24,000 bases of DNA from Natronospirillum sp. (GTDB lineage: Bacteria; Pseudomonadota; Gammaproteobacteria; Pseudomonadales; Natronospirillaceae), in contig JAGDZJ010000031.1 in assembly GCA_049115955.1 (NCBI GenBank), positions 1 to 24,000 of the forward strand, given 5' to 3'. Of the stretch, positions 8,811 through 17,461 are shown one piece after another. Position 1 is the first letter of the stretch. Each line of letters starts with the position of its first letter. Both the position numbers and the translations under genes were made by a program. The notes beneath the pieces are model-generated. The model was not told where the DNA came from and did not search any database. It saw only the letters and a program-made list of their open reading frames with translations.

Positions 8811-9720
8811 TAAACCGCGCTTTCACCTTTTCGTTGATCTCCGCCACCGGCACAATAATCCCCAATTCCAGGGCGTTTCCAAAATCCGCATCGAAGACCG
8901 TTTCGCCACACCAAATGCCAGTCGACAATGACATGTAAGACTGCAACACCGGTGGGATGTTCATGTCATAAGGGGTTAATGAATCGCGCAGTTGGCGGAT
9001 ACGCTCGTCGGCGGCGTCGTTAGCTGACAGCGTCGGAGCGGCTTGTGTGGGTTCATAGCGGCAGGTATCGCGTGCTACCAGGTAGGGTTCTGGCGGGGCA
9101 TAGTGCGCCTGCATGGTGCTGACCAACAAGTCTCTGCCGGTGTTGTTCAGGGTCTGATACAGCGACACATTGCCAAAGAAGTACTGCACCTCAGGATGTT
9201 TGCGCAACAAAGCGCCCAAGCCTACCCAAGTGGCGAAGAATCCCAGCGCACCTTTTTTGGCGGCCCGGTTAACCACCGAACGGCCCAGTTCAATGGCATA
9301 GGGCAGGATGTTGCGCTGAAATGAAACCGAATAGTCGAACAGACCATAGGTACGCAGGCACTCGGGGCCAAAGACGGTAGCCTTAGCCCCCTGCTGATAA
9401 CGGTACATGGCGACCATTTCTTGGTGTTCGGGGTCCCACGCCACCAACTGCGAGTAGCACTGTTCGCCATAATCGCGATGATCGAGGTCCAGCTCGTCAC
9501 CTCGCCCGGCACCAACGGCGCGGAAACCCGCTTCACGCAGCCGCCCTATTTCCTGCATGGCGGTTGGGCATTCATCGCCGGTAAAGCTGTAAATATTCAG
9601 GCCACGAAATTGTGCCAGCGGCGTCAACGCGGCGAGTTCTTGCACAACACTGTTGGCGGTAGCGTTGGAGATGGCAATAGGGTCTGCTTGAGCAAAGGTC
9701 GGTTGAGGAGCGAGTGTCAT
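8803..9720 (-). CDS. OlsB-family GNAT N-acyltransferase (lyso-aminolipid / N-acyl amino acid synthase type; often annotated 'putative hemolysin')
   Basis: 305-aa ORF. Family-typical block EIGRLREAGFRAVGAGRGDELDLDHRDYGEQCYSQLVAWDPEHQEMVAMYRY. C-terminal block IPPVLQSYMSLSTGIWCGETVFDADFGNA. Its ATG overlaps the upstream gene's stop (ATGA at 9717-9720). Confidence 0.8.
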   Translation of the reverse strand: MTLAPQPTFAQADPIAISNATANSVVQELAALTPLAQFRGLNIYSFTGDECPTAMQEIGRLREAGFRAVGAGRGDELDLDHRDYGEQCYSQLVAWDPEHQEMVAMYRYQQGAKATVFGPECLRTYGLFDYSVSFQRNILPYAIELGRSVVNRAAKKGALGFFATWVGLGALLRKHPEVQYFFGNVSLYQTLNNTGRDLLVSTMQAHYAPPEPYLVARDTCRYEPTQAAPTLSANDAADERIRQLRDSLTPYDMNIPPVLQSYMSLSTGIWCGETVFDADFGNALELGIIVPVAEINEKVKARFIN

Positions 9721-10973
9721 GATGAAGTCTCCTTCAAGACAAGAGAGGACATAGACTGAGCGGGCGCTGGATGCGGACGCGTCAGCCGATCATAGTGCGC
9801 GCGGACGGCCGCCATGCGCTGCTGATCGTTCGGGGCAAGCTGTTCAAGTTCCTCGACAGTGATGGCCTCTCCCGTGCTCACACCAAAGGTGCGGGTGGCG
9901 GGTTTCAACAGCTCGCGGGGCAGCAACGCCATTTCGAGGTTCAGAGCCACATTGAAGCGCTGGCGCAAAGCCGCGACGCCATGAAACAACCGCGAATTCG
10001 TGCCTTCCAAATGGATGGGCACCAATGGGCGACCATAGCGTCGGGCCAGAGTCACAGGCATGCTGTGCCATTCAAAGTCGGTCAACTTGCCCTGTTGCTT
10101 ACGGGCGGTGCGACCGGCCGGGAACACTAAAATAGCGGCATCGGTGGCGAAGGCGGCGTGCAGATTACGCACTGACTGGCGCGAAGACCGATAGCGATCC
10201 ACCGGCACGACCAAGGACTTCATCGGTGGAATCAAGGTCAATAAATCAGTCACCACCACCTTCACTTCCGGATAGTAACTTTGTAACCAGGCCAGCAGAA
10301 TGAGTCCGTCTAAGCCACCGGTCGGGTGATTCGCAATAAATACCGGGCGCGCTGCGACTGCGGGGAGCATTGCGCCATCAGGCACCTGTGCGCTGACGCC
10401 CAAGCGCTGCAACACCTGCGCGGGAAAACGGCGCTCGGGTGTCCAGGTTCGCCACCCCTCACGCTGGGTTGACCAAGGTAAGAAAAAATACTGCCGCAGC
10501 AGGGGAATCCACTGCGGCAGTAAGGAGGAAGTACTGAACGGCGAGCTGGGTGCTACCGTCTCCGACCAAGCCTGCTCTGACCAACGCCAGCACAGCGGCT
10601 CTTGGGTTTGCCAAAAAACAAAGACCACGCAGGGCGCGAAATCCATTGGCGCAGTATTCTGCAACTGCAAGCGCACGGCCATCGGCGTGGCGCAGGTACT
10701 CAGGGCGCGTACCAAGCGGCCACGGCTCTGGGTAGCGGTGGTGGTCCGGTGTTGTTGCTCAGCGGCGTAATCGTTCAGCAAACAAATCGTCAGTCCGTGG
10801 TCGTTGGTGGCCAGCCAAAAGCCATCACCTTCGGGGTCACGCGGGGCCAGTATCTTGCGCCCCCCCTCATTGAACACAGACGGCGGCTCGGCTTCGATAC
10901 GACTGCACCGTTCATCCCGGCTGAACACAATATTCAATGCGCCTTGGTGATGTTGCCAACTTAGGGTGCACAT
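9717..10973 (-). CDS. Fusion protein: N-terminal NRDE/TANGO2-like (Cys2 Ntn-type) domain plus C-terminal PlsC/OlsA-like lysolipid O-acyltransferase domain
   Basis: 418-aa ORF.
- N-terminus: MCTLSW...FSRDE (aa 17-21), APRDPEGDGFWLATNDHGLTICLLN (aa 43-67) and SRGRLV (aa 83-88). These follow the NRDE-family pattern MC..., NRDE, GGRD..GGTWLG...LTN, SRG.L.
- C-terminus: VFIANHPTGGLDGLILL (aa 211-227; nt 10305-10334 verified by hand) and ILVFPAGRTARK, typical of the acyltransferases paired with OlsB-family genes.
- The ORF is confident; the domain calls have confidence about 0.6. Confidence 0.8.
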   Translation of the reverse strand: MCTLSWQHHQGALNIVFSRDERCSRIEAEPPSVFNEGGRKILAPRDPEGDGFWLATNDHGLTICLLNDYAAEQQHRTTTATQSRGRLVRALSTCATPMAVRLQLQNTAPMDFAPCVVFVFWQTQEPLCWRWSEQAWSETVAPSSPFSTSSLLPQWIPLLRQYFFLPWSTQREGWRTWTPERRFPAQVLQRLGVSAQVPDGAMLPAVAARPVFIANHPTGGLDGLILLAWLQSYYPEVKVVVTDLLTLIPPMKSLVVPVDRYRSSRQSVRNLHAAFATDAAILVFPAGRTARKQQGKLTDFEWHSMPVTLARRYGRPLVPIHLEGTNSRLFHGVAALRQRFNVALNLEMALLPRELLKPATRTFGVSTGEAITVEELEQLAPNDQQRMAAVRAHYDRLTRPHPAPAQSMSSLVLKETSS

Positions 10974-11521
10974 AACGACTGCCCCGCAAACTGCGACGTT
11001 TCATAGCGGCGGGTAGACGGGTTAACGCCAAAACCCGGTGGCATGGCACCGCCCTGTATCACCACCAGCATCTCCACCAAGGCAAAGTGATGAATGCTGT
11101 GTTGCGTGAGAAACACCAGTTCGCGGGCCAAGGTGGTTGTGACCTGCGCATTGCCATCGTCGGTGCAGTAGTCCAGCGTGAGCGTCTGGTCACCCTGTTG
11201 CATGTGTGGTGCCAACGCTTTCTGGACACGCTGCAACAACGTCAAAGCATGCTGTGGGTCGGCTTCGACGAGCGGGTCACGTTGGCGGTGTTCGTAGTCG
11301 ATGTCGGTGCCACCGGATAAGGCGGCGGACAAGGCGAGATAATGATCCAAGATATGCCGCACATGGCGGCCCGGCGTCTGCCCGTGTGGCAGGGACTCAC
11401 AACGGCCGCTGTACTCCGTGTGGCTCACTTGCGCCAGCCAGTGCTCTAGGCGCTGCATGACACCGATGGCTTCGCGCCACAACACGCTCATGTCGGCCCG
11501 TGTCCGTTGGTTGCTGTCCAT
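10961..11521 (-). CDS. DinB-superfamily (DinB_2-like) putative metalloenzyme
   Basis: 186 aa from the ATG at 11521, which has a GAGGGA RBS 6 nt upstream. The tracked start at 11524 is a TTG. Putative His triad HVRHILDHY ... HSIHHFAL in a roughly 180-aa helical protein. Its stop overlaps the next gene's start by 13 nt. Confidence 0.7.
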   Translation of the reverse strand: MDSNQRTRADMSVLWREAIGVMQRLEHWLAQVSHTEYSGRCESLPHGQTPGRHVRHILDHYLALSAALSGGTDIDYEHRQRDPLVEADPQHALTLLQRVQKALAPHMQQGDQTLTLDYCTDDGNAQVTTTLARELVFLTQHSIHHFALVEMLVVIQGGAMPPGFGVNPSTRRYETSQFAGQSLCAP

Positions 11522-11618
11522 CAATCGTCCCTCGGCTAGGCTTCAAACTCTCCTTTTGACCAGCGAACAATCAATTAGTTCAAACTCCCGTTTCTCGGGC
11601 GAAGCCGCCAGAAATTAC

Positions 11619-11627
11619 TGTTATACT
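11619..11627 (+). promoter_or_regulatory. Candidate extended -10 promoter element (TGTTATACT) for mgtE
   Basis: TG-n-TATACT lies 64 nt upstream of the mgtE ATG. There is no convincing -35, which is tolerated by extended -10 promoters. Confidence 0.3.
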
Positions 11628-11649
11628 TTGTAACCAGAAATACGCGCGA

Positions 11650-11667
11650 GGCGACAAGCACGTCGCC
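11650..11667 (+). other. 5' leader hairpin GGCGAC-aagcac-GTCGCC upstream of mgtE
   Basis: A perfect 6-bp stem with a 6-nt loop lies 13 nt upstream of the GGGGAAGAG RBS region. Confidence 0.3.
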
Positions 11668-11690
11668 GCCACACAGCAGGGGAAGAGCTT

Positions 11691-13046
11691 ATGGCTTACA
11701 CAGTCATCGCCGACGAACTCAGAGAAGCCATGGCACAGGACGATGTGCAGACCATGGAAAAGCTGGTTGCCGATATGCAGCCCGCTGACTTTGCCGAATT
11801 CATTCAGGAACACCCTGCTGAAACCAGCTTAAAATTACTGTCGTGTCTGCCCATCAAGCAGCGTGCGGAAACCTTCGGTTATTTCAGTGAGAATGACCAG
11901 CGCGAACTTGCCGAACACATGGACGAGTCTGCTTTAGCCAACCTGTTCATTCACATGAACTCGGACGAACGCGCCGACTTATTCAACCTGCTGCAAGACG
12001 AACTGAAAGCCGATTTGATGCGCCGTTTAGCGCGCAACGAACGCGAAGATTTGCGACGCCTGTCGAGCTATGAAGAAGGCACCGCCGGGGCCATCATGAC
12101 CAGCGACTATGTGGCCGTGCCCGCTCAGTCGACCATTGCACAAGCCTTCGAGATTGTCCGGTCGACCGCGCCGGATGCCGAAACCATTTACGACATCTAC
12201 AGTATCGACCATATGGGCCGACTGATGGGTGCCACATCGCTGCGCGAACTGATTCTGGCCCGCTCTACGCAGCGGCTGGAAGCCATCATGACCACCGAGC
12301 TGATCAGCGCGACGGTTGACACCCCGCAGGAAGAAGTGGCGCGTTTGATTTCACGTTACGACTTACTGGCGTTGCCGATCATCGACAACGATGCACGCTT
12401 AGTCGGCATCGTGACCTACGATGACGCGATGGACGTCGCCGAGCAAGAAGCCACAGAAGATATCCACAAGGGTGCCTCGGTTGGACGCTTGGACGACGGC
12501 TTTGGCCGAGCACGTTTGCGTGACCTGTACCGCACGCGGATTGTCTGGCTGGTACTGCTGGTGTTCGGCAACTTGTTTTCCGGCATGGGAATCGCATTTT
12601 TTGAAGACACTATTGCCGCTCATGTGGCCTTGGTCTTCTTCTTACCGTTGTTGATTGGCAGCGGCGGTAACGCAGGTGCACAGGCCTCTACATTGATGGT
12701 GCGGGGTATCGCCACGGGCGACGTTGGGGTGTCGGATTGGGCGCGTCTGCTCGGCCGTGAACTGTTGGTCGCTCTGGCATTGGGACTGACCATGGCCTTG
12801 GCGGTATCACCCATTGGCTTCTGGCGCGGTGGCGAAGACATCGCCTTCGTGGTGGCTGCGGCGATGATTAGTGTCGTTGTTCTGGGTAGCCTGATTGGTA
12901 TTTGCCTGCCCTTTATCCTCAACCACATCGGTTGGGACCCGGCCACGGCGAGCGCACCACTGGTGACCACCCTGATCGATGCGTGCGGGGTTATCATTTA
13001 TTTCAGCATTGCGGCGGCGGTGCTGGATCTGCCTGCGCTCTTTTAG
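11691..13046 (+). CDS. mgtE: Magnesium transporter MgtE
   Basis: 451-aa ORF with an N-terminal acidic MgtE-N region, a CBS pair (AIMTSDYVAV ... LPIIDNDARLVGIVTYDD), and a C-terminal 5-TM domain carrying the MgtE motif LIGSGGNAGAQAS. Confidence 0.95.
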   Translation: MAYTVIADELREAMAQDDVQTMEKLVADMQPADFAEFIQEHPAETSLKLLSCLPIKQRAETFGYFSENDQRELAEHMDESALANLFIHMNSDERADLFNLLQDELKADLMRRLARNEREDLRRLSSYEEGTAGAIMTSDYVAVPAQSTIAQAFEIVRSTAPDAETIYDIYSIDHMGRLMGATSLRELILARSTQRLEAIMTTELISATVDTPQEEVARLISRYDLLALPIIDNDARLVGIVTYDDAMDVAEQEATEDIHKGASVGRLDDGFGRARLRDLYRTRIVWLVLLVFGNLFSGMGIAFFEDTIAAHVALVFFLPLLIGSGGNAGAQASTLMVRGIATGDVGVSDWARLLGRELLVALALGLTMALAVSPIGFWRGGEDIAFVVAAAMISVVVLGSLIGICLPFILNHIGWDPATASAPLVTTLIDACGVIIYFSIAAAVLDLPALF

Positions 13047-13105
13047 CGTATTCACAGCCATTCAATCATTCATCATTGGCGTTGGCTAAGACACAGGATC
13101 ACGAC

Positions 13106-14191
13106 ATGAAGTTTAAGGGCATAGCGGACTACTCCCACGCGCAGGCAGACAAAACCGGTATTCTGATTACTAACTTGGGCACCCCTGACGCCGCCGAAAG
13201 CGGCGCGGTGCGTCGGTACTTGCGCGAATTTTTGTCCGATTCCCGTGTGGTGGAAATCCCCAAAGCCATTTGGTGGTTTATTCTCAACGGCATTATTTTG
13301 GCCATTCGCCCGGCACGCTCCGCCAAAAATTACCGCACGGTATGGACCGAACGCGGCTCGCCGCTGCTGTATCACACGGCCGATCAGTGCGAGGCCGTGC
13401 GCGCATACATGAAGGGCAAATACGGTGACGACGTGGTGGTGGAATTTGCCATGCGTTACGGCAATCCGTCGGTGACCTCCGTGCTCGAACGCATGCAGCA
13501 GCAAGGTGTGCGTCGCTTATTGGTACTGCCGATGTACCCACAATATTCGGCCACCACTACTGCTTCGACCTTTGACGCAGTGGCGGCGGATTTCGCCAAG
13601 CGCCGCTGGATTCCCGAGCTGCGCTTTATCAATCATTACCACGATTTCGAACCCTACATTGACGCCATGGCGGCGCACATTCAGGCGTATCAATCCGAGC
13701 ACGGCAAGCCGGAAAAACTGGTGTTGTCATACCACGGTATTCCGAAACGCAATTTGCTGGAAGGCGACCCTTACCACTGCGAGTGCTATAAGACCTCTCG
13801 TTTGTTAACCGAGAAGCTGGGCCTGACGCGGGATGACGTCATCACGACGTTTCAGTCACGATTCGGCAAACAGGAATGGTTGAAGCCGTATACCGACGCC
13901 ACCATGCAGCAACTGGGTGCCGACGGCGTGAAATCCATTCAGGTGTTCTGCCCGGGCTTTCCATCGGACTGTTTGGAAACTATTGAAGAGATCGGCGAAG
14001 AGAACCGTGAATACTTCGAAGAAGCAGGTGGCGAGCACTTTGGTTATATTCCGGCGCTGAACGCCACTCCAGGGCACATTGACGCGTTGACCGCGTTACT
14101 GGAACAGCATTTGAAAGGCTGGCAGCCGTTGGCTACCCAAGACAAAAGCACGAGCGTGCGGGAGCACGCTCGGTTGGCTGCCACGAAATAA
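13106..14191 (+). CDS. hemH: Ferrochelatase
   Basis: I use the ATG at 13106 (MKFKGIADY...). The tracked start at 12902 would overlap mgtE by 145 nt. Motifs GILITNLGTPDA, LVLPMYPQYSATT, LVLSYHGIP (catalytic His) and FCPGFPSDCLETIEEI. Confidence 0.95.
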   Translation: MKFKGIADYSHAQADKTGILITNLGTPDAAESGAVRRYLREFLSDSRVVEIPKAIWWFILNGIILAIRPARSAKNYRTVWTERGSPLLYHTADQCEAVRAYMKGKYGDDVVVEFAMRYGNPSVTSVLERMQQQGVRRLLVLPMYPQYSATTTASTFDAVAADFAKRRWIPELRFINHYHDFEPYIDAMAAHIQAYQSEHGKPEKLVLSYHGIPKRNLLEGDPYHCECYKTSRLLTEKLGLTRDDVITTFQSRFGKQEWLKPYTDATMQQLGADGVKSIQVFCPGFPSDCLETIEEIGEENREYFEEAGGEHFGYIPALNATPGHIDALTALLEQHLKGWQPLATQDKSTSVREHARLAATK

Positions 14192-14193
14192 GT

Positions 14194-14934
14194 TCACCGT
14201 TTAAAAAACGCCTGCACCGCAGCCTGAAACTCTTGGCTGCGCAGGCGCTGTTGAAACACCTCGGCTTCGGCATCAATCACTTGCAGCACCTGGGCCTGCT
14301 CCGGGCCTTTCATCAACGCCTTGGCGGCCTGCATGGCTTCGGTCGGACGGCTGGCCAGTTCGGCAGCCAATGCCGCACCCGCCGCCAGCGTTTCACCGTC
14401 GGGCACCACACGATTGATCAATCCTGTGGCTAAGGCTTCCGCTGCACCAAACTTATTACCCAGCAGCAACCATTCCGCCGCTTTGACATAACCGACTTGC
14501 CGTGGAATCAGCAACGACGACGCAAATTCCGGCACCAAACCGAGATTCACAAAGGGCAATTGAAAGACAGCACTCTCACCAGCAACCACAAGGTCACAAT
14601 GCAACAGCAAGGTGGTGCCAATGCCAACGGCCGAGCCGTTCACGGCGGCAACCATGGGCTTGGGGAATACGGCGGCGGTGCGTAAGAAGCGAAGAACGGG
14701 TGCGTCGCGGTCTTTGATCGGATGCGCCATGAAGTCTTGCAGGTCGTTACCTGCGGTAAAGCAGGTTTCGTCACCTTGGAACACCACAGCCCGCACCGTA
14801 TTGTCTTCGGAGGCCTGCTCTAAGGCTTCGCGCATCGCGGTGTACATGGCTTCGGTGATGGCATTGCGTTTGGCAACACGGTTGAACAGGATGGTCATAA
14901 CGCCCTGTTCCGTCTTGGTCAGAATATCACTCAT
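14194..14934 (-). CDS. Enoyl-CoA hydratase/isomerase (crotonase) family protein
   Basis: 246-aa ORF with an ATG start. Crotonase motifs VVFQGDETCFTAGNDLQDF and KPMVAAVNGSAVGIGTTLLLHCDLVVA. Confidence 0.9.
   Translation of the reverse strand: MSDILTKTEQGVMTILFNRVAKRNAITEAMYTAMREALEQASEDNTVRAVVFQGDETCFTAGNDLQDFMAHPIKDRDAPVLRFLRTAAVFPKPMVAAVNGSAVGIGTTLLLHCDLVVAGESAVFQLPFVNLGLVPEFASSLLIPRQVGYVKAAEWLLLGNKFGAAEALATGLINRVVPDGETLAAGAALAAELASRPTEAMQAAKALMKGPEQAQVLQVIDAEAEVFQQRLRSQEFQAAVQAFFKR
14203..14247. terminator. Bidirectional terminator-like hairpin embedded in the 3' end of the enoyl-CoA hydratase ORF, 18 nt downstream of the hemH stop
   Basis: CGCCTGC-(acc bulge)-GCAGCC-tgaaactctt-GGCTGC-GCAGGCG forms 13 GC-rich bp, checked base by base over 14209-14247. 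On the minus strand it is followed immediately by TTTTTT (14208-14203). On the plus strand it is preceded by A6 and followed by CTGTTG. Confidence 0.5.
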
Positions 14935-14965
14935 GGTGGCCGGTCCGTTTTTTATCTATTGGATG

Positions 14966-14991
14966 ACGCACAGATTACCGACTCTGTGCGT
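14966..14991. promoter_or_regulatory. Perfect 8-bp inverted repeat ACGCACAG-N10-CTGTGCGT upstream of the hydratase gene
   Basis: It lies 32 nt upstream of the hydratase ATG and about 100 nt downstream of the MCP stop. No T-tract follows on either strand, so an operator is more likely than a terminator. No cognate regulator is identified. Confidence 0.2.
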
Positions 14992-15089
14992 TCTGTACAC
15001 TAGAATAAGAACCGTGCGGATCGACCTTCAACCCAACTGGGTTAATCGCCACCGATTGCCGCTGGTTTTTGTCTATTTGGCACGACACT

Positions 15090-17426
15090 TCAATCCTCTA
15101 CTTGCCAGCGCGTGGCATTCTGCTGCAACTCCTGCGCGGTAATCTGCAGCTTTTCACTCTCGCGGGCATTTTTCTCTGCTTGCTCCTGCGAATGACGCGA
15201 GCTGTCGAACGACTCGGCCAGCACTTTCGCAAGATCACCGGTCATCATGCTTTGTTCATTGGACACCGACAGAATATCTTCGTTCGCCGTTACAATGGCC
15301 TGCAGTGACTCGCCGATGGTGCTCAACGCCTGTTGCGACGCCTGCGCCGTAGACTCCAAACTTTCAGAGCGCTGCTGTTCAGCGGTCATCATTTGCTGCG
15401 CCTTGTCGGTATTGGTCAGTAAGCCATCAATGATGTTCTGAATTTCTTCCGTGGCCCCGCGTGAACGCTGGGCCAAGTTGCGCACTTCATCGGCCACCAC
15501 TGCAAAACCTCGGCCGTGTTCGCCCGCCCGCGCTGCTTCTATTGCCGCATTCAACGCCAGTAGGTTCGTTTGCTCTGCAATATTAGAAATAACTTCCAGC
15601 ACATGACGAATCTGTTCAAAGTCATTCGCCAGTGTATTGATGGTGGTCGCCGCTTCGTTTACGCCGCGCGCCATCTGGTGTACTTCAGAAATAACTTCTT
15701 GGATGGTCGTGGTACTGGAGGCAATGCTGTCGCGCGTGCGCAAGGTAACATCTGCCGTGCTGCGCGCTTGGTCGGTGACCGTTTGCGCACTGCTGACCAT
15801 GCCTTCCACCAAACCTTCGGCTGACGCGTTGCGCTGATTCTGCTCGTTCAGTTGTTGCAGCGTCTGCTCCGACCCTTGAGTCATCGCTGTAGAGGCGTCA
15901 TTCACCGTAACCGCCGCTTCGCGCGTCAGTTTGATCGAGTGTTGAATATCATCCAACAGCAAATTCACTGCGGCGGAAATCTGGCCGAATTCATCTGAAC
16001 CGGTCAGTGGGCTGCGCCGTGTGAGGTCATGGTTCTGCTGGATGCCCAGAATCGCGCCGCGCAACACCGCGACGGGTCGACTGAATGAACGAGCCATCCA
16101 CAGCGCTGCGATAAACGCCAACACCAGCACGATCAAGGTCACGGCGACGGCGTAGCCAATGACTTCGTTGCGCAGAACGCGCCCCGCTGCTAACGCTTCG
16201 CTGGTATCCATCTCGGTAACCAACACCCACTCAGCACCAGCAAAACGCAGTGGCCCGTAAGCACCAATCACTTCGTTGCCCACAGGGTTAACGTAACGCG
16301 CTGTACCGCTGTTACCACGCAACGCTTGTTGGATGCCGTCGCTGTCCATCTGAACCAGACCCGACAAGCTTCCACGCAGGTTAACGCGCTGTCGTTGATC
16401 CTCTGGCATACTCAGTTGCGCTAAGGCTGTGGCTGGCGAGTCATCAAACTCGCGCTTACTCGACAGCAAAACACGGTCGGCGTTGAGCAAATAGGTATCG
16501 CCCGTGGCGCCGAGCCCCAGGGATTCTCGGTCACCAAAGTTCGATAACGTCGCTTCTATTTGCTGCGCTTGAATACGAGCAACAAAGACACCCAACATTG
16601 TGTCAGTGCCTGCTTCAAACATCGGCATGGCGAGAAACGCGCTCTGCTCACCCAAACTGGGCACGTAAGCACTGAAGTCTACGAACACTGGTGCGCTGGT
16701 CGGCGTGCCAACCACCGCTTGTTGAAAAGCGGTCTCCATACCAGTACCCGCTAACACAGGATGTTCAACATTGATCCCAAAGTCGATTTGCTTGTTCACC
16801 GAATAAACAATGTCGCCGTTCACGCTGAGGAAATACGCATCGGCTAGACCGTAAAAGTCGGCGAAGCCACGCACTTCCTCATGAAACTCGCGGTGCGTAA
16901 TGCTGTAGCGCGACTGATCTCCGGCATCGACAATGTCAGCCCGAGCATCCCACGCACCGCCGGACTCGATTAAATAATAGTAATGCAGAACGAGGCGTGG
17001 CCGGTCTATTTCGGCCAAATAAGCATTGGCGTCAAACGATAAATCGGGGGCAACTTCTTGCAGCCGCGCATTGAAGCCGGCGTTGATGAAAGCTGCCAAC
17101 TCCGCCGTTTCGGCCGTCACATCGGGCCGATTGCGCACCACCACATTGAGCTGATAACCCCGATACGCTGAGGCGAAGGCAGTAATGGCGCGTCGTCCCT
17201 GCGTGTTGGCCGCATAGCCTGCTACCTGCTGTTGTAAGGAGCTTAGGTAATCTTCCAAACGTTGGGTTTGAGTGTCACTGACGAGCTGCAAGCGCAGGTT
17301 GGCCTGCTCAGACAACAGTTGTTGCCCTGCCCGAATACTGGTGGAACTGATCATGATGCTCGCCGCAATGGCGGCCATCAGCGATAGCCCTAAAATGACA
17401 ACGAGAAGTTTTCTTTGAATACTCAT
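15090..17426 (-). CDS. Methyl-accepting chemotaxis protein with a large (about 400 aa) periplasmic sensor domain
   Basis: 778-aa ORF with a GGAAGG RBS. TM1 [22 protein letters not shown], a long periplasmic region, TM2 [24 protein letters not shown] and a HAMP domain. Canonical signalling hairpin [38 protein letters not shown]. Confidence 0.95.
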   Translation of the reverse strand: MSIQRKLLVVILGLSLMAAIAASIMISSTSIRAGQQLLSEQANLRLQLVSDTQTQRLEDYLSSLQQQVAGYAANTQGRRAITAFASAYRGYQLNVVVRNRPDVTAETAELAAFINAGFNARLQEVAPDLSFDANAYLAEIDRPRLVLHYYYLIESGGAWDARADIVDAGDQSRYSITHREFHEEVRGFADFYGLADAYFLSVNGDIVYSVNKQIDFGINVEHPVLAGTGMETAFQQAVVGTPTSAPVFVDFSAYVPSLGEQSAFLAMPMFEAGTDTMLGVFVARIQAQQIEATLSNFGDRESLGLGATGDTYLLNADRVLLSSKREFDDSPATALAQLSMPEDQRQRVNLRGSLSGLVQMDSDGIQQALRGNSGTARYVNPVGNEVIGAYGPLRFAGAEWVLVTEMDTSEALAAGRVLRNEVIGYAVAVTLIVLVLAFIAALWMARSFSRPVAVLRGAILGIQQNHDLTRRSPLTGSDEFGQISAAVNLLLDDIQHSIKLTREAAVTVNDASTAMTQGSEQTLQQLNEQNQRNASAEGLVEGMVSSAQTVTDQARSTADVTLRTRDSIASSTTTIQEVISEVHQMARGVNEAATTINTLANDFEQIRHVLEVISNIAEQTNLLALNAAIEAARAGEHGRGFAVVADEVRNLAQRSRGATEEIQNIIDGLLTNTDKAQQMMTAEQQRSESLESTAQASQQALSTIGESLQAIVTANEDILSVSNEQSMMTGDLAKVLAESFDSSRHSQEQAEKNARESEKLQITAQELQQNATRWQVED

Positions 17427-17461
17427 GCACCTTCCTACTGCTTCGTGATTCGGCGTGCTGG

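Noticed and set aside
11525-11690. An M-box (ykoK) Mg2+ riboswitch upstream of mgtE.
   Set aside because: With the only plausible promoter, the leader would be about 60 nt, far shorter than the roughly 160-nt M-box. I do not recognise its conserved core. The element is also mainly found in Firmicutes.
13047-13105. The A/T-rich repeat CCATTCAATCATTCATCATTGG upstream of hemH, as a possible Fur box.
   Set aside because: My best hand alignments to GATAATGATAATCATTATC gave at most 6 of 19 matches.
11691-14191. The proximity of hemH to the TANGO2-like domain, as support for the haem-handling hypothesis.
   Set aside because: hemH is separated from the fusion gene by the DinB-like gene, mgtE and a divergent promoter region, and it is on the opposite strand. 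There is no evidence of co-transcription, so the proximity is most likely coincidental.
15030-15070. Possible MCP terminators: the AACCCAACTGGGTT palindrome and an imperfect CCAGCGG...CGGTGG hairpin downstream of the MCP stop.
   Set aside because: The stems are short or mismatched, and no T-tract follows on the minus strand.
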